Shown: positions 1 to 7,778 of the stretch, piece by piece
How positions within the stretch are numbered: the stretch's first letter is position 1
Layout of the letters: the number at the start of each line of letters is the position of its first letter
From: an uncultured Candidatus Saccharibacteria bacterium
GTDB taxonomy: Bacteria; Patescibacteriota; Saccharimonadia; Saccharimonadales; 2-12-FULL-41-12
Assembly (NCBI GenBank): GCA_947085855.1
Contig: CAMTYB010000002.1
Span: 87,278 to 151,277, forward strand
Direction of reading: 5' to 3'
Length of the DNA: 64,000 nucleotides
Program-made: the position numbers and the translations under genes
Notes under the pieces: generated by a model
What the model was told of the DNA's origin: nothing
Seen by the model: only the letters and a program-made list of their open reading frames with translations
Database searches by the model: none

Positions 1-1665
1 GACTTTTTTGTTACACTCCGGTCGACTTCTGTCGGACAGAGAATAGGCGACATATTTAATGATGGCGATGCAAACAGTGTCGGGATTAATCCTGATGCGC
101 TCATCAAGGTTTTTCAAGCCTTTAATATGGTTGCACCGCATCGGGCTCAGGAGTTTGCCGAATTAGGTCTCACGACCGATCTGCCTACCAGACGAGAAGA
201 TTTAGATAGGGAAGCACTTGAATATTATTTTGTTGACGTCCTGCCCAAGCTAGCGGCTTTGAATTTAGCGAAAATGCGTAATGTTGGCTTAGTGCACACG
301 TTCCCACACTACAATAACTTCAATGGGCTCGGTGGTTTGGTGGATCTTGATTCGGTCCGCGGCAAAAAACTTGACCCAGAACTGCACGCGCCGCGCGAAT
401 TACGTTACATAGATGATGGGCTATATGCTGAAGGAGTTTTTGACGTCATTAGTTCAGATGGCAGGGGCTATGATGTGCAGTGGGATGATGTTTCCCAAGA
501 AGGTAAGCGGCGTTTTATTCGTACCTACTTGGCACGTATGGAGAAGCCGCTCAAGCCTGGTAATCAAGCGCGCTTTGTCATTGCAAGTATGCGACGCGTT
601 TTACCGAACGGCATATATGCGACCGGTAAGTTAGACTTCCGTTTTCTCGATGAATTTTATGGCGACACGGCACGCGCCTACGTGAACGCCTATCTTAAGG
701 GCCGAGAGCATTTTGGCGACGATAATCCAAAATTGGAAGCCAAAGAATTGGCTGAGCACCTGGTGTGGGCTAGCGGTTCTGTGCATGGAGTATGGGACTA
801 TTTCTCAACTCTTAAAGAAAATAGCGACGGTTTTATGATCTACAATGCCGGTAAACCTCCAACAAATGAGCAACTTATAGAGCAGCTGCCGATAGAAATG
901 GGCGCTAACAAGGATAGGAATATGATTTTCTCAGAGGCGATCCATCAGGTCTGCGTCCGACCTCGTCTGTCTGAAGAAGTAATACAACGTCAAGCCGAGT
1001 CAGTAACCATTGCGTACCGGGATTTCCTGCGTACTATTTCTCCTGACACGACGTTTAGCCAGACTGATATGTCTCGCTATTTCAGGACTCTTGTGAGAGA
1101 GTTGCAAATGGCTCTTGAGGTTCCTATCGACCTCCCTGCATTTGATGAATTTTGGACAGAGATGAAACGGGCCTTTAATGAAAAATGCTTGGACACTATT
1201 GACCGAGCGGTCATACCGGCCAATATGCCCGTAACTGATCCGGATAATCTGCTTGAGGAGTATATTGCAGGTTGGGAATATATTCGTCGCCCCGAACGAA
1301 GCGCTGTGCCGCCGCAAGACATCGAGGCATTAATGCACATCTGTGCCCACGTTCCGGCAGAATACGTAGATGCTATGGTTGATACCGAAACATTGCCACC
1401 AGTTGAGGTAGCGACAGAAGCTGAATTATTGCAAGTCGTCTTGGAAGACGACGAGTTTGTGCGTGCTGTGGTTACCGATGGGAATATCAATGACTACATA
1501 AATCACCCCGATTACTATGATGACGATGATAATCCAGACGCTGACTACATGCAGTTTAAACGGGCCGGCGATTTACCAACCAATGGTACGTGGGGCATTA
1601 TTATCACGCAGACAGGTCGCGGCAATCATCGGGTTTTTTACAAAACCCTCAAGCAATCGAACTAG
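1..1665 (+). CDS. Hypothetical cytoplasmic protein (at least 512 aa), possibly 5'-truncated by the window edge
   Basis: Long ORF with first ATG at 127 and stop TAG at 1663-1665. Frame 1 has no stop codon between base 1 and 126, and no -10 box or SD precedes 127, so the gene may start left of the window. No TM helix or catalytic motif recognised. Asp-rich C-terminal patch DYYDDDDNPDADY. Confidence 0.6.
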   Translation, partial: DFFVTLRSTSVGQRIGDIFNDGDANSVGINPDALIKVFQAFNMVAPHRAQEFAELGLTTDLPTRREDLDREALEYYFVDVLPKLAALNLAKMRNVGLVHTFPHYNNFNGLGGLVDLDSVRGKKLDPELHAPRELRYIDDGLYAEGVFDVISSDGRGYDVQWDDVSQEGKRRFIRTYLARMEKPLKPGNQARFVIASMRRVLPNGIYATGKLDFRFLDEFYGDTARAYVNAYLKGREHFGDDNPKLEAKELAEHLVWASGSVHGVWDYFSTLKENSDGFMIYNAGKPPTNEQLIEQLPIEMGANKDRNMIFSEAIHQVCVRPRLSEEVIQRQAESVTIAYRDFLRTISPDTTFSQTDMSRYFRTLVRELQMALEVPIDLPAFDEFWTEMKRAFNEKCLDTIDRAVIPANMPVTDPDNLLEEYIAGWEYIRRPERSAVPPQDIEALMHICAHVPAEYVDAMVDTETLPPVEVATEAELLQVVLEDDEFVRAVVTDGNINDYINHPDYYDDDDNPDADYMQFKRAGDLPTNGTWGIIITQTGRGNHRVFYKTLKQSN

Positions 1666-2540
1666 CGAGTTACCTTAACAACGTTAACTTGGTAGTAGCG
1701 TACGCCTACATTGGCAATGATTAAGCCTACGCCAAGGATAATCAACCACGTTTGGTAACTTTGCAGCGAACCAATGAATTCATCATAGACTGCGCTCAAT
1801 ACAATTGCTTGATTGGCATTTTGAGCGAGCAGACTCAGTTGCGCAGCTGCAGTTTGTGTCAGGACGACCAGCACAATGCCGGTAGAGAGCAGCACAATGC
1901 CAGCGAGTTTGATGAATTCCAGAGGGTTACTGAGGCGAAGCCAGCTGATAACCGTTAAACCAAGCAGCAGGATGATCGAAATCGGCGTAACAATAAGCAA
2001 GACCTGACTAGCCTTTTGAAGGTTGGGTATGGCCGAAGCATTGACCAAGGTAATGCGGGCATTGTCGCCTTCTGGCAGATTAATCTCAGTTCCTGGACGT
2101 AAGGTGCTGGCGATGGTCGTAATTCCCTCGCTGAACGTTGAGATATCAATAACGACATCGTTGGTGCGACCGTGAAATAGGCGTTCATTAAAGCGAGAAG
2201 CTACGGTGTTAAGCAATGAGGACGCGCGGTCATTGATGAGTAATGAAGCCACTAAGTTTTCGGTTGGTTCACTCAGGACGCGGCCGAGGACCGGCCGGTC
2301 GGCATAGAGTTTGCTGGCAACGCCGCCGCCAATCGTTTGGCGGACTTCTTCTTTTTGAATCGCGCTAACGATGTGTTCAGAAAAGCGTTGATTGTCAAAG
2401 AGATGATTCTTGGCCCAAATGCCTAAACTGGCGATTAGTAACAGTAAGCCGGCTACGAGGCAGAAGACAATGTGCTGCCAGCTGATAGGTCTGGCTTGAG
2501 GTGTTGAGGTTTGAGGGGTCTTGGCTTGTTTGGCAGGCAT
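1662..2540 (-). CDS. Hypothetical multi-pass membrane protein (292 aa)
   Basis: ORF on the minus strand. AAGGAGA Shine-Dalgarno lies 6 nt before the ATG at 2540 (MPAKQAK); the ORF-track start at 2564 is 8 codons further upstream. One N-terminal TM helix, an external domain of about 150 aa, then several C-terminal TM helices. Confidence 0.6.
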   Translation of the reverse strand: MPAKQAKTPQTSTPQARPISWQHIVFCLVAGLLLLIASLGIWAKNHLFDNQRFSEHIVSAIQKEEVRQTIGGGVASKLYADRPVLGRVLSEPTENLVASLLINDRASSLLNTVASRFNERLFHGRTNDVVIDISTFSEGITTIASTLRPGTEINLPEGDNARITLVNASAIPNLQKASQVLLIVTPISIILLLGLTVISWLRLSNPLEFIKLAGIVLLSTGIVLVVLTQTAAAQLSLLAQNANQAIVLSAVYDEFIGSLQSYQTWLIILGVGLIIANVGVRYYQVNVVKVTR

Positions 2541-2617
2541 AGTGATCTCCTTTGCCACCCTCATATAGTTCTGCCCTTGTTATACGTCTTGTTGTGCCTT
2601 TCGTCAACAATAGTCAA

Positions 2618-2641
2618 TAGACAAAGCCTTAGACAAAGCCT
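2618..2641. repeat. Perfect 12-bp tandem direct repeat TAGACAAAGCCT x2 in a divergent promoter region
   Basis: Read directly: tagacaaagcct at 2618-2629 and again at 2630-2641. Confidence 0.9.
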
Positions 2642-2666
2642 TTAAGTAAGGCGCCTTCATCACACT

Positions 2667-2695
2667 TTGAATTGTGGGGGGAAGTGCGCCATAAT
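2667..2695 (+). promoter_or_regulatory. Sigma70-type promoter TTGAAT-N17-CATAAT for the 2725 gene
   Basis: Hexamers at 2667-2672 and 2690-2695 with 17-nt spacing, 29 nt upstream of the ATG at 2725. Confidence 0.4.
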
Positions 2696-2724
2696 ATTCC
2701 TTATAACAATGAGTAAACAGATAG

Positions 2725-3375
2725 ATGTCTAACAATATTGCGAAGCACGAATTACTTCAGGCTCAATTTGCGCTGGCGGGCGCCATATTCCTGCAGGTAG
2801 TGGTATTGCTGGTGAATCAGGCACTCGATTTAGGACCGCAATATCTGATCATTGCTACAGAGATAGGCTTGGCAGTTTTACTTGCAGCCAGCTTGGGCAC
2901 ACATCGCAAGAATAGTCGCCAAGTCCGCAACCTGACTGCCGGCGCACTGCTCGGCTTTATTTCGTTTGCCAATATTATCTCATTGGGCTATGTGTTGTAC
3001 GCTTTGATCATTGGTCATGCAGATGTCTCTGGCTTAGAGTTGCTGGTATCGGCTATAGCGATCTTTCTGACAAATATTATTGTCTATGCTCTTTGGTATT
3101 GGGAGATTGACAGTCCTGGTCTGACGACTAAGCGCTGGTCTAAGCACGATAAGGATTTTCAGTTTACCCAGCAAGACATGCCACAGGAGTTTCCAGCCTG
3201 GCGACCTCAATTTGTTGATTATTTATATTTGTCTATTATTAACGCCGTTAACTTCGCGCCAGCCGATACGCGGCCGCTCACACGCAGCGCTAAATTACTG
3301 ATGGCTTCGCAGTCGCTAGTGTCGGTCTTTACGTTGGCGCTCGTAATCGCACGATCGGTTAGTATTCTTGGCTAA
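2725..3375 (+). CDS. Integral membrane protein, DUF1345-like
   Basis: 216 aa with 4-5 TM helices. The C-terminal segment DYLYLSIINAVNFAPADTRP...LVSVFTLALVIARSV resembles the conserved DUF1345 core as I remember it. Family assignment is tentative. Confidence 0.5.
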   Translation: MSNNIAKHELLQAQFALAGAIFLQVVVLLVNQALDLGPQYLIIATEIGLAVLLAASLGTHRKNSRQVRNLTAGALLGFISFANIISLGYVLYALIIGHADVSGLELLVSAIAIFLTNIIVYALWYWEIDSPGLTTKRWSKHDKDFQFTQQDMPQEFPAWRPQFVDYLYLSIINAVNFAPADTRPLTRSAKLLMASQSLVSVFTLALVIARSVSILG

Positions 3376-4360
3376 GGAAAAATCAAAGCAGCGCACGTGG
3401 CGCACATTTCTTACGTCCTTCAAAAAACGACCACATCGGCAACAAGCGCTCATGCTGCTCGGCGTAGGTGGCTCTACAGCAAGCCTGGCAGTATTTGCAG
3501 CCGAGCCAAGTTTCCCGACGCCAGATAAATTATTATTGTTTGCGCTCTTTGTTGGCCTCATGTTTCGCCAGGCTACACAAGTCTTTATACGGCTGGCGCC
3601 GTTTGTTGCATTGCTGCTGGTGTATGAATCCTTCCGTGGCATCGTGCCGCACCTAAATACGCGCGTGAATTTTATGTGGATGGTAGATGTCGATCGATGG
3701 CTATTTGGCGGTACACTGCCAACTACAACGTTGCAGAACTGGTGGTGGAATGGTCAGGTCCAGTGGTATGACTTCATGTTCTATCTTCCATATATGTTGC
3801 ATTTTGTTCTGCCGTTTGCCCTCGCAATTGTGATTTGGAAAACTCGAGAGCAAGAGTACTGGCGATACATCACCGCTTTCATTAGTATTTCGTTCTTTGC
3901 CTTCTTAGTATTTTTGGTGTTTCCGGCCGCGCCGCCCTGGATGGCAAGTGATCTTGGATACATTGAGGATATTGAGCGAATTTCCAGCAGTGTGTGGTTT
4001 TCGCTCGGTATACATAACTTTCCATCACTGTATAATCAGGTGTCGCCAAATCCCGTCGCAGCGGTGCCGTCGCTGCACGCTGGTTATGCCACTCTGTTTG
4101 CGATTTTTGTAATCACGCTGTTTAAATCGCGTTGGCGATACGTAAGTCTGGTTTACCCGGCTTTGATTTATGTAGGCACGGTCTATCAAGGCGAGCACTA
4201 TGCAATTGATGAAATCCTCGGCGGCGTATTGGCACTTGCAGGATTTGTATGGTCACCGTGGTTGTTGCGACAGGTGCAAAAAGTGCTGCTAACGCTTGAG
4301 CGGGCAGTCTTGTATTGTTACAATAGGCTAAAGTCTTCCGCACGAGCGTTTAATAATTAA
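3368..4360 (+). CDS. PAP2-superfamily membrane phosphatase/phosphotransferase (PAP2_C-like)
   Basis: Polytopic membrane protein with PAP2 C2/C3 motifs PSLHAGY and GEHYAIDEILGG. The start is uncertain: TTG at 3368 overlaps the upstream gene by 8 nt, and an internal ATG (MLLGVGG) is possible. Confidence 0.7.
   Translation: MAKEKSKQRTWRTFLTSFKKRPHRQQALMLLGVGGSTASLAVFAAEPSFPTPDKLLLFALFVGLMFRQATQVFIRLAPFVALLLVYESFRGIVPHLNTRVNFMWMVDVDRWLFGGTLPTTTLQNWWWNGQVQWYDFMFYLPYMLHFVLPFALAIVIWKTREQEYWRYITAFISISFFAFLVFLVFPAAPPWMASDLGYIEDIERISSSVWFSLGIHNFPSLYNQVSPNPVAAVPSLHAGYATLFAIFVITLFKSRWRYVSLVYPALIYVGTVYQGEHYAIDEILGGVLALAGFVWSPWLLRQVQKVLLTLERAVLYCYNRLKSSARAFNN
4296..4324 (+). promoter_or_regulatory. Candidate promoter TTGAGC-N17-TACAAT inside the 3' end of the PAP2 gene, feeding the riboswitch
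   Basis: Hexamers at 4296-4301 and 4319-4324 with 17-nt spacing. The same hexamer pair occurs at 6725-6753. Confidence 0.4.
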
Positions 4361-4494
4361 ATATAAAGAGTGCAGCGAGAGATCTAGCTCAATGACCTGC
4401 CGGCAACCCATTTGTTTCTTGCTAGAAGACTGCAAGTCGAAGTGAAGGTGCTCCAGCTAGACCCGGACGTATACTAAGTTCAGGGAAAGATATT
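4360..4494 (+). promoter_or_regulatory. SAM-I (S-box clan) riboswitch aptamer
   Basis: Conserved SAM-I core strings appear in order: AAAGAG, GCAG-CGAGAG...CUCAAUGA-CCUGC (P2 with kink-turn GA/UGA), CGGCAACC, GAAGGUGCUCCAGC, GGGAAAGAUAUU. P1 pairs AAUAU (4360-4364) with AUAUU (4490-4494). P2a is GCAG/CUGC. P3 has inner stem CUUGC/GCAAG. P4 is CCCGGAC/GUUCAGGG. A pseudoknot pairs the P2 loop UCUAG with the J3/4 CUAGA. The downstream gene is a Cys/Met-metabolism PLP enzyme, a classic SAM-regulated target. Confidence 0.8.
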
Positions 4495-4514
4495 GGCCAA
4501 AATATGAACTATAT

Positions 4515-4562
4515 ATCCTTTCTTTGACGGTGATTATACACGTCCGAAGAAGGGATATTTTT
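4515..4562 (+). terminator. Riboswitch expression platform: terminator / RBS-sequestering hairpin
   Basis: A 10-bp stem pairs AUCCUUUCUU (4515-4524) with AAGAAGGGAU (4547-4556), followed by U5 (4558-4562) and then the ATG at 4563. The 3' arm contains the GAAGGGA SD-like sequence. The 5' arm can instead pair with the P1 3' strand (GGGAAAGAUAU with AUAUCCUUUCU), the expected anti-terminator geometry of an OFF switch. Confidence 0.65.
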
Positions 4563-5735
4563 ATGACAGAAACTATTATGAAATCACCAATTCCGTGTTA
4601 CGAATCGGTTGAAGACCAGCGCTATGCCGGTACCCTCAAGCTTACCGGAGAGGATCCAACCTATTTACGCTATGGCACACCGATCCATGCCGAAGTCGAA
4701 GAGCGAGTAGCTGAACTAGCAGGTGCGGAGGCTGCAGATACCCTTATATTCAACAGCGGAATGAGTGCCTTGACGGCTACTATAAAGGCTGGAATTACGC
4801 TTTCTGGCCATGAAGCAGGTCGTGAAACGCTCAAGAAAATAGCCATTGGGCACGATATGTATACGGGCACTACACGTTGGACAGAAGCATATGCTCGACA
4901 GTATGGAATCGATCTATGCAAGTATGACGCAGGTGATAGCGCCGAGGTTGCAAAAGTACTGGAAGAGTTTAAGCCCGATGTGTTTGTTGCAGAAACTGTC
5001 GGCAACTATGTTAATGCGCCGGTTTTAGATCATGAACATGCCCTCGAAGTTAATCGTGCACTAGGGCAGAAATCATTGCTTATTTTTGACCGTACCTTGC
5101 CACTTTCCACGGCTAGCGACGTGTACGAAGCTACAGTACCTGCTGACCGAGCTGTTGTTGTAGACAGCGGAACCAAAGCAATGACACTTAATCAAGAAAC
5201 CCTAGGTGTAGTCATAACGAAAAACCCCGAAATCTTAACTGCTACTCGCGCCGTCCGTAATGACGACGGAACATTGCCAGGCGTAGGGAGCGCTCGCTAT
5301 ATAGCCGAATTGTTACCTGCAAAAGACGACTTCAATGAACGCAATCGTCGTGTTTTCAACAAAACCGGACAACTCGCTACCTATGCTTATCAGGCAAGCA
5401 GGGTAACTAATGAAGGGTTTATAGTAGGCCATCCGGCTTTGCCTTGCCATGGCAATTATCAAGACGTTCATGTGTCGGACTCAGGAAATATTACTCCTGT
5501 ATTCTTTTTACTTCCATTGGCATTCGGTAAGGGCTCGTTAGATTTTGCTCAAAAAATAGGCGATGACCCCGCAGTTCGTGAACACATTCAGCTGAGCGAC
5601 AGCTTTGGTTTTGACCAAACAGCGTTTTATTCTGCAGAAGCGGGACCATATGTACGCATTGCTCCGGGTGCCGAAACGGACGTCGATCAGCTTGGTCCGG
5701 CTCTATATAACGCACTAGTTAAGTCCTCACACTAG
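4563..5735 (+). CDS. Divergent PLP-dependent Cys/Met-metabolism family enzyme (cystathionine gamma-synthase / methionine gamma-lyase-like), 390 aa
   Basis: Family-like motifs: YLRYGTPI (compare YSRxxNPT), FNSGMSALTATI, DRTLPLS (compare DNTxxTP) and DSGTKAMT (PLP-lysine region SxTK). Start set at ATG 4563 because the track's TTG at 4524 lies inside the riboswitch hairpin. Confidence 0.7.
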   Translation: MTETIMKSPIPCYESVEDQRYAGTLKLTGEDPTYLRYGTPIHAEVEERVAELAGAEAADTLIFNSGMSALTATIKAGITLSGHEAGRETLKKIAIGHDMYTGTTRWTEAYARQYGIDLCKYDAGDSAEVAKVLEEFKPDVFVAETVGNYVNAPVLDHEHALEVNRALGQKSLLIFDRTLPLSTASDVYEATVPADRAVVVDSGTKAMTLNQETLGVVITKNPEILTATRAVRNDDGTLPGVGSARYIAELLPAKDDFNERNRRVFNKTGQLATYAYQASRVTNEGFIVGHPALPCHGNYQDVHVSDSGNITPVFFLLPLAFGKGSLDFAQKIGDDPAVREHIQLSDSFGFDQTAFYSAEAGPYVRIAPGAETDVDQLGPALYNALVKSSH

Positions 5736-5781
5736 TTATATAGTTCACAATATAAGATCTATTGGGGTACAATAAGCGGTA

Positions 5782-6708
5782 ATGATTACCAATTACCATA
5801 GTACGGCGCGTGCCCGGGCTTTGACTACTATTGACGAGCCGAGGGCTGGTTCATGGTGTCATGTGATAGAGCCCACTCCTGACGAACTTGATTATGTCGC
5901 GGATACATTTAAGCTAGACCGCGACATTTTAAATGATGCTATTGACGCCCACGAAGCACCACGTGTCGAGGTTGAGGATGGAGTTACCTACGTCTTTTTG
6001 CGCTATTGTCGACCAGAAGACCCCGACATTCCGACCGAACCAATTTTGATTATCTACACGACCGGAGCCATTGTTACTATCATGCGCTCCAACGACAACG
6101 TGTTGGAGCAAATTATTAATGGCACGGTGCCAATTCTGACAACTCAAAAAACTAAGGCTTTCTTGCACATCCTCGAGCAGATTAACCGGACCTATCGCTT
6201 GCAGCTCAATATTATTGCCAAGCAAATTTTGCGCTTTCGCTCGCAACTGCGTCACACCGATGTCAGTAGCAACGAAATCATGCTCTTCATTGAACTAGAA
6301 GAAGACCTTAACGAGTACTTATCGGCTCTGCAGCCGCAAGGACTCGTTTTAAATGCGCTGGAAAGTGGCAAGTATATGAAGTTGTACGAGGACGATAAAG
6401 ATTTGGTTGAAGATATCATGCTGGGTACCAGCGAGCTGATTGAGCTTACCAAGTCACGGTTGCGTTCAGTCGTGAATATTCGTCAGGCCTATGACGTGAT
6501 TGCTACCAATAACCTTAACCGTACGTTCCGACGGTTGACCTCAATTGCTATTTTCTTAACTATACCGACTATTTTTGGTGGAATTTTTGGCATGAACGTA
6601 GAGCTACCATTCCAGGATAGTAAGCTTGCCTTCATATTTATTATTCTATTGATTTTGGGGTCAATGTTTATTTTTTATTCATACTTCCGCAGGCGTAATT
6701 GGTTCTAG
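5782..6708 (+). CDS. corA: CorA-family magnesium/cobalt transporter
   Basis: 308 aa with a cytoplasmic N-domain and two C-terminal TM helices carrying the signature GMN motif (FGGIFGMNVELPF). Confidence 0.9.
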   Translation: MITNYHSTARARALTTIDEPRAGSWCHVIEPTPDELDYVADTFKLDRDILNDAIDAHEAPRVEVEDGVTYVFLRYCRPEDPDIPTEPILIIYTTGAIVTIMRSNDNVLEQIINGTVPILTTQKTKAFLHILEQINRTYRLQLNIIAKQILRFRSQLRHTDVSSNEIMLFIELEEDLNEYLSALQPQGLVLNALESGKYMKLYEDDKDLVEDIMLGTSELIELTKSRLRSVVNIRQAYDVIATNNLNRTFRRLTSIAIFLTIPTIFGGIFGMNVELPFQDSKLAFIFIILLILGSMFIFYSYFRRRNWF

Positions 6709-6724
6709 AATTCGCTAAAAATAG

Positions 6725-6753
6725 TTGAGCTTACGCTTTATTGGGCGTACAAT
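6725..6753 (+). promoter_or_regulatory. Candidate promoter TTGAGC-N17-TACAAT downstream of corA
   Basis: Hexamers at 6725-6730 and 6748-6753 with exactly 17-nt spacing. The predicted start near 6760 would give a transcript of about 50 nt ending at the 6779-6810 terminator. Confidence 0.35.
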
Positions 6754-6778
6754 GAAAGTGGAAGTGTGAGGCTTCCAC

Positions 6779-6810
6779 AGATCCTAGTCTCAAGACTGGG
6801 ATCTTTTTTT
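6779..6810 (+). terminator. Rho-independent terminator
   Basis: AGAUCCUAGUC (6779-6789) pairs with GACUGGGAUCU (6794-6804), giving 10-11 bp with one G-U and a UCAA loop, followed by a U-run to 6810. It is preceded by a perfect 7-bp hairpin GUGGAAG/CUUCCAC (6758-6778). Confidence 0.85.
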
Positions 6811-6833
6811 ACATCTGTAATCTAGGTATAAAT

Positions 6834-6870
6834 TGCAACAAAATCATCGCTTTTTGCAACAAAATTGCAA
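6834..6870. promoter_or_regulatory. Repeated TTGCAA(CAAAAT) motifs; candidate operator overlapping the ZIP-transporter promoter
   Basis: TTGCAACAAAAT occurs at 6834-6845 and 6854-6865, with a third self-complementary TTGCAA at 6865-6870. This forms TTGCAA-N5-TTGCAA at 6854-6870. The last hexamer is positioned as a -35 (TTGCAA-N17-TAGGCT, 6865-6893), 6 nt before the ATG at 6900. Confidence 0.4.
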
Positions 6871-6899
6871 ATTCTGGACGAGCGTTTTAGGCTAGTGCT

Positions 6900-7745
6900 A
6901 TGGATACATTATTGTTACTTATTTTACTCTCGTTGGTTGGCGGACTTCTCTCGTTGGTTGGCGGACTTATACTCATCAAGACCCACAAAAATGCCCAAGC
7001 CATGGCGCTCTATGGCACTCCTTTTGCCGCCGGTGCTTTGTTGGCAGCAGTTTTTATAGATCTACTACCTGAAGGAATTGAAGCAAGCTCAGCCGACACG
7101 GTGTTGCTGACAACCCTCATCGGTATCCTAATATTCTTTGTGGCTGAACGCTTTTTGCGTTGGTTTCATCATCACCACGAAGACGATAGCGACCTGCCAA
7201 AAGATCCGTCGGTAAATCTGATCATTGTTGGCGACACGCTGCATAATGCCCTAGACGGTGTAGCGATCGCCGCTGCCTTCTTGGTAAGCGTACCGACCGG
7301 TATTGTCACGACTTTAGCAGTAGCGGCGCATGAGATTCCACAAGAAATCGGGGATTTTGGCTTACTTCTTGCCAAGGGGGTGGAGCGCAGACGGGTCATT
7401 TTAATCAATATTTTAAGTGCACTTGCTACTACTATTGCAGCAGTCATCACCTATGTTCTAGGCAGCGATAATGCTTTGCCGGTAGGGATTCTGCTGGGTC
7501 TGAGTGCGGGCTTCTTGCTATATATTGCACTGAGCGACATTATTCCGACCATTCACGCCAAGAGCAATGCTGCCAAACTAGTTCAAGCTCAAACGGTCTT
7601 GTTGTTGGTGGGCGTGGTAGTAGTCGGGGCGGCGATCTCACTGGCTCATCAGTATGTTGACGTATCACACGATCACGAACATGCTGAGCACGTTGAGGTG
7701 CATGAAGACGCGCATGACGAGGCTCATGATGACCGCGATCACTAG
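6900..7745 (+). CDS. ZIP-family divalent metal (zinc) transporter
   Basis: 281 aa polytopic membrane protein with the ZIP signature HEIPQEIGDF, a HHHHEDD loop and a His/Asp-rich C-terminal tail (HDHEHAEHVEVHEDAHDEAHDDRDH). Confidence 0.9.
   Translation: MDTLLLLILLSLVGGLLSLVGGLILIKTHKNAQAMALYGTPFAAGALLAAVFIDLLPEGIEASSADTVLLTTLIGILIFFVAERFLRWFHHHHEDDSDLPKDPSVNLIIVGDTLHNALDGVAIAAAFLVSVPTGIVTTLAVAAHEIPQEIGDFGLLLAKGVERRRVILINILSALATTIAAVITYVLGSDNALPVGILLGLSAGFLLYIALSDIIPTIHAKSNAAKLVQAQTVLLLVGVVVVGAAISLAHQYVDVSHDHEHAEHVEVHEDAHDEAHDDRDH
6927..6968 (+). repeat. Perfect in-frame 21-bp tandem duplication inside the ZIP gene
   Basis: ctctcgttggttggcggactt at 6927-6947 is repeated exactly at 6948-6968. 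It encodes LSLVGGL-LSLVGGL in the first TM helix. Confidence 0.95.
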
Positions 7746-7778
7746 CTCGCTACCCCTTAATCAGTTACAATAAGCAGT

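Noticed and set aside
7672-7745. His/Asp/Glu-rich tail of the ZIP transporter, considered as a possible sequence artefact or tag.
   Set aside because: His-rich metal-binding loops and tails are a normal feature of ZIP/CDF transporters.
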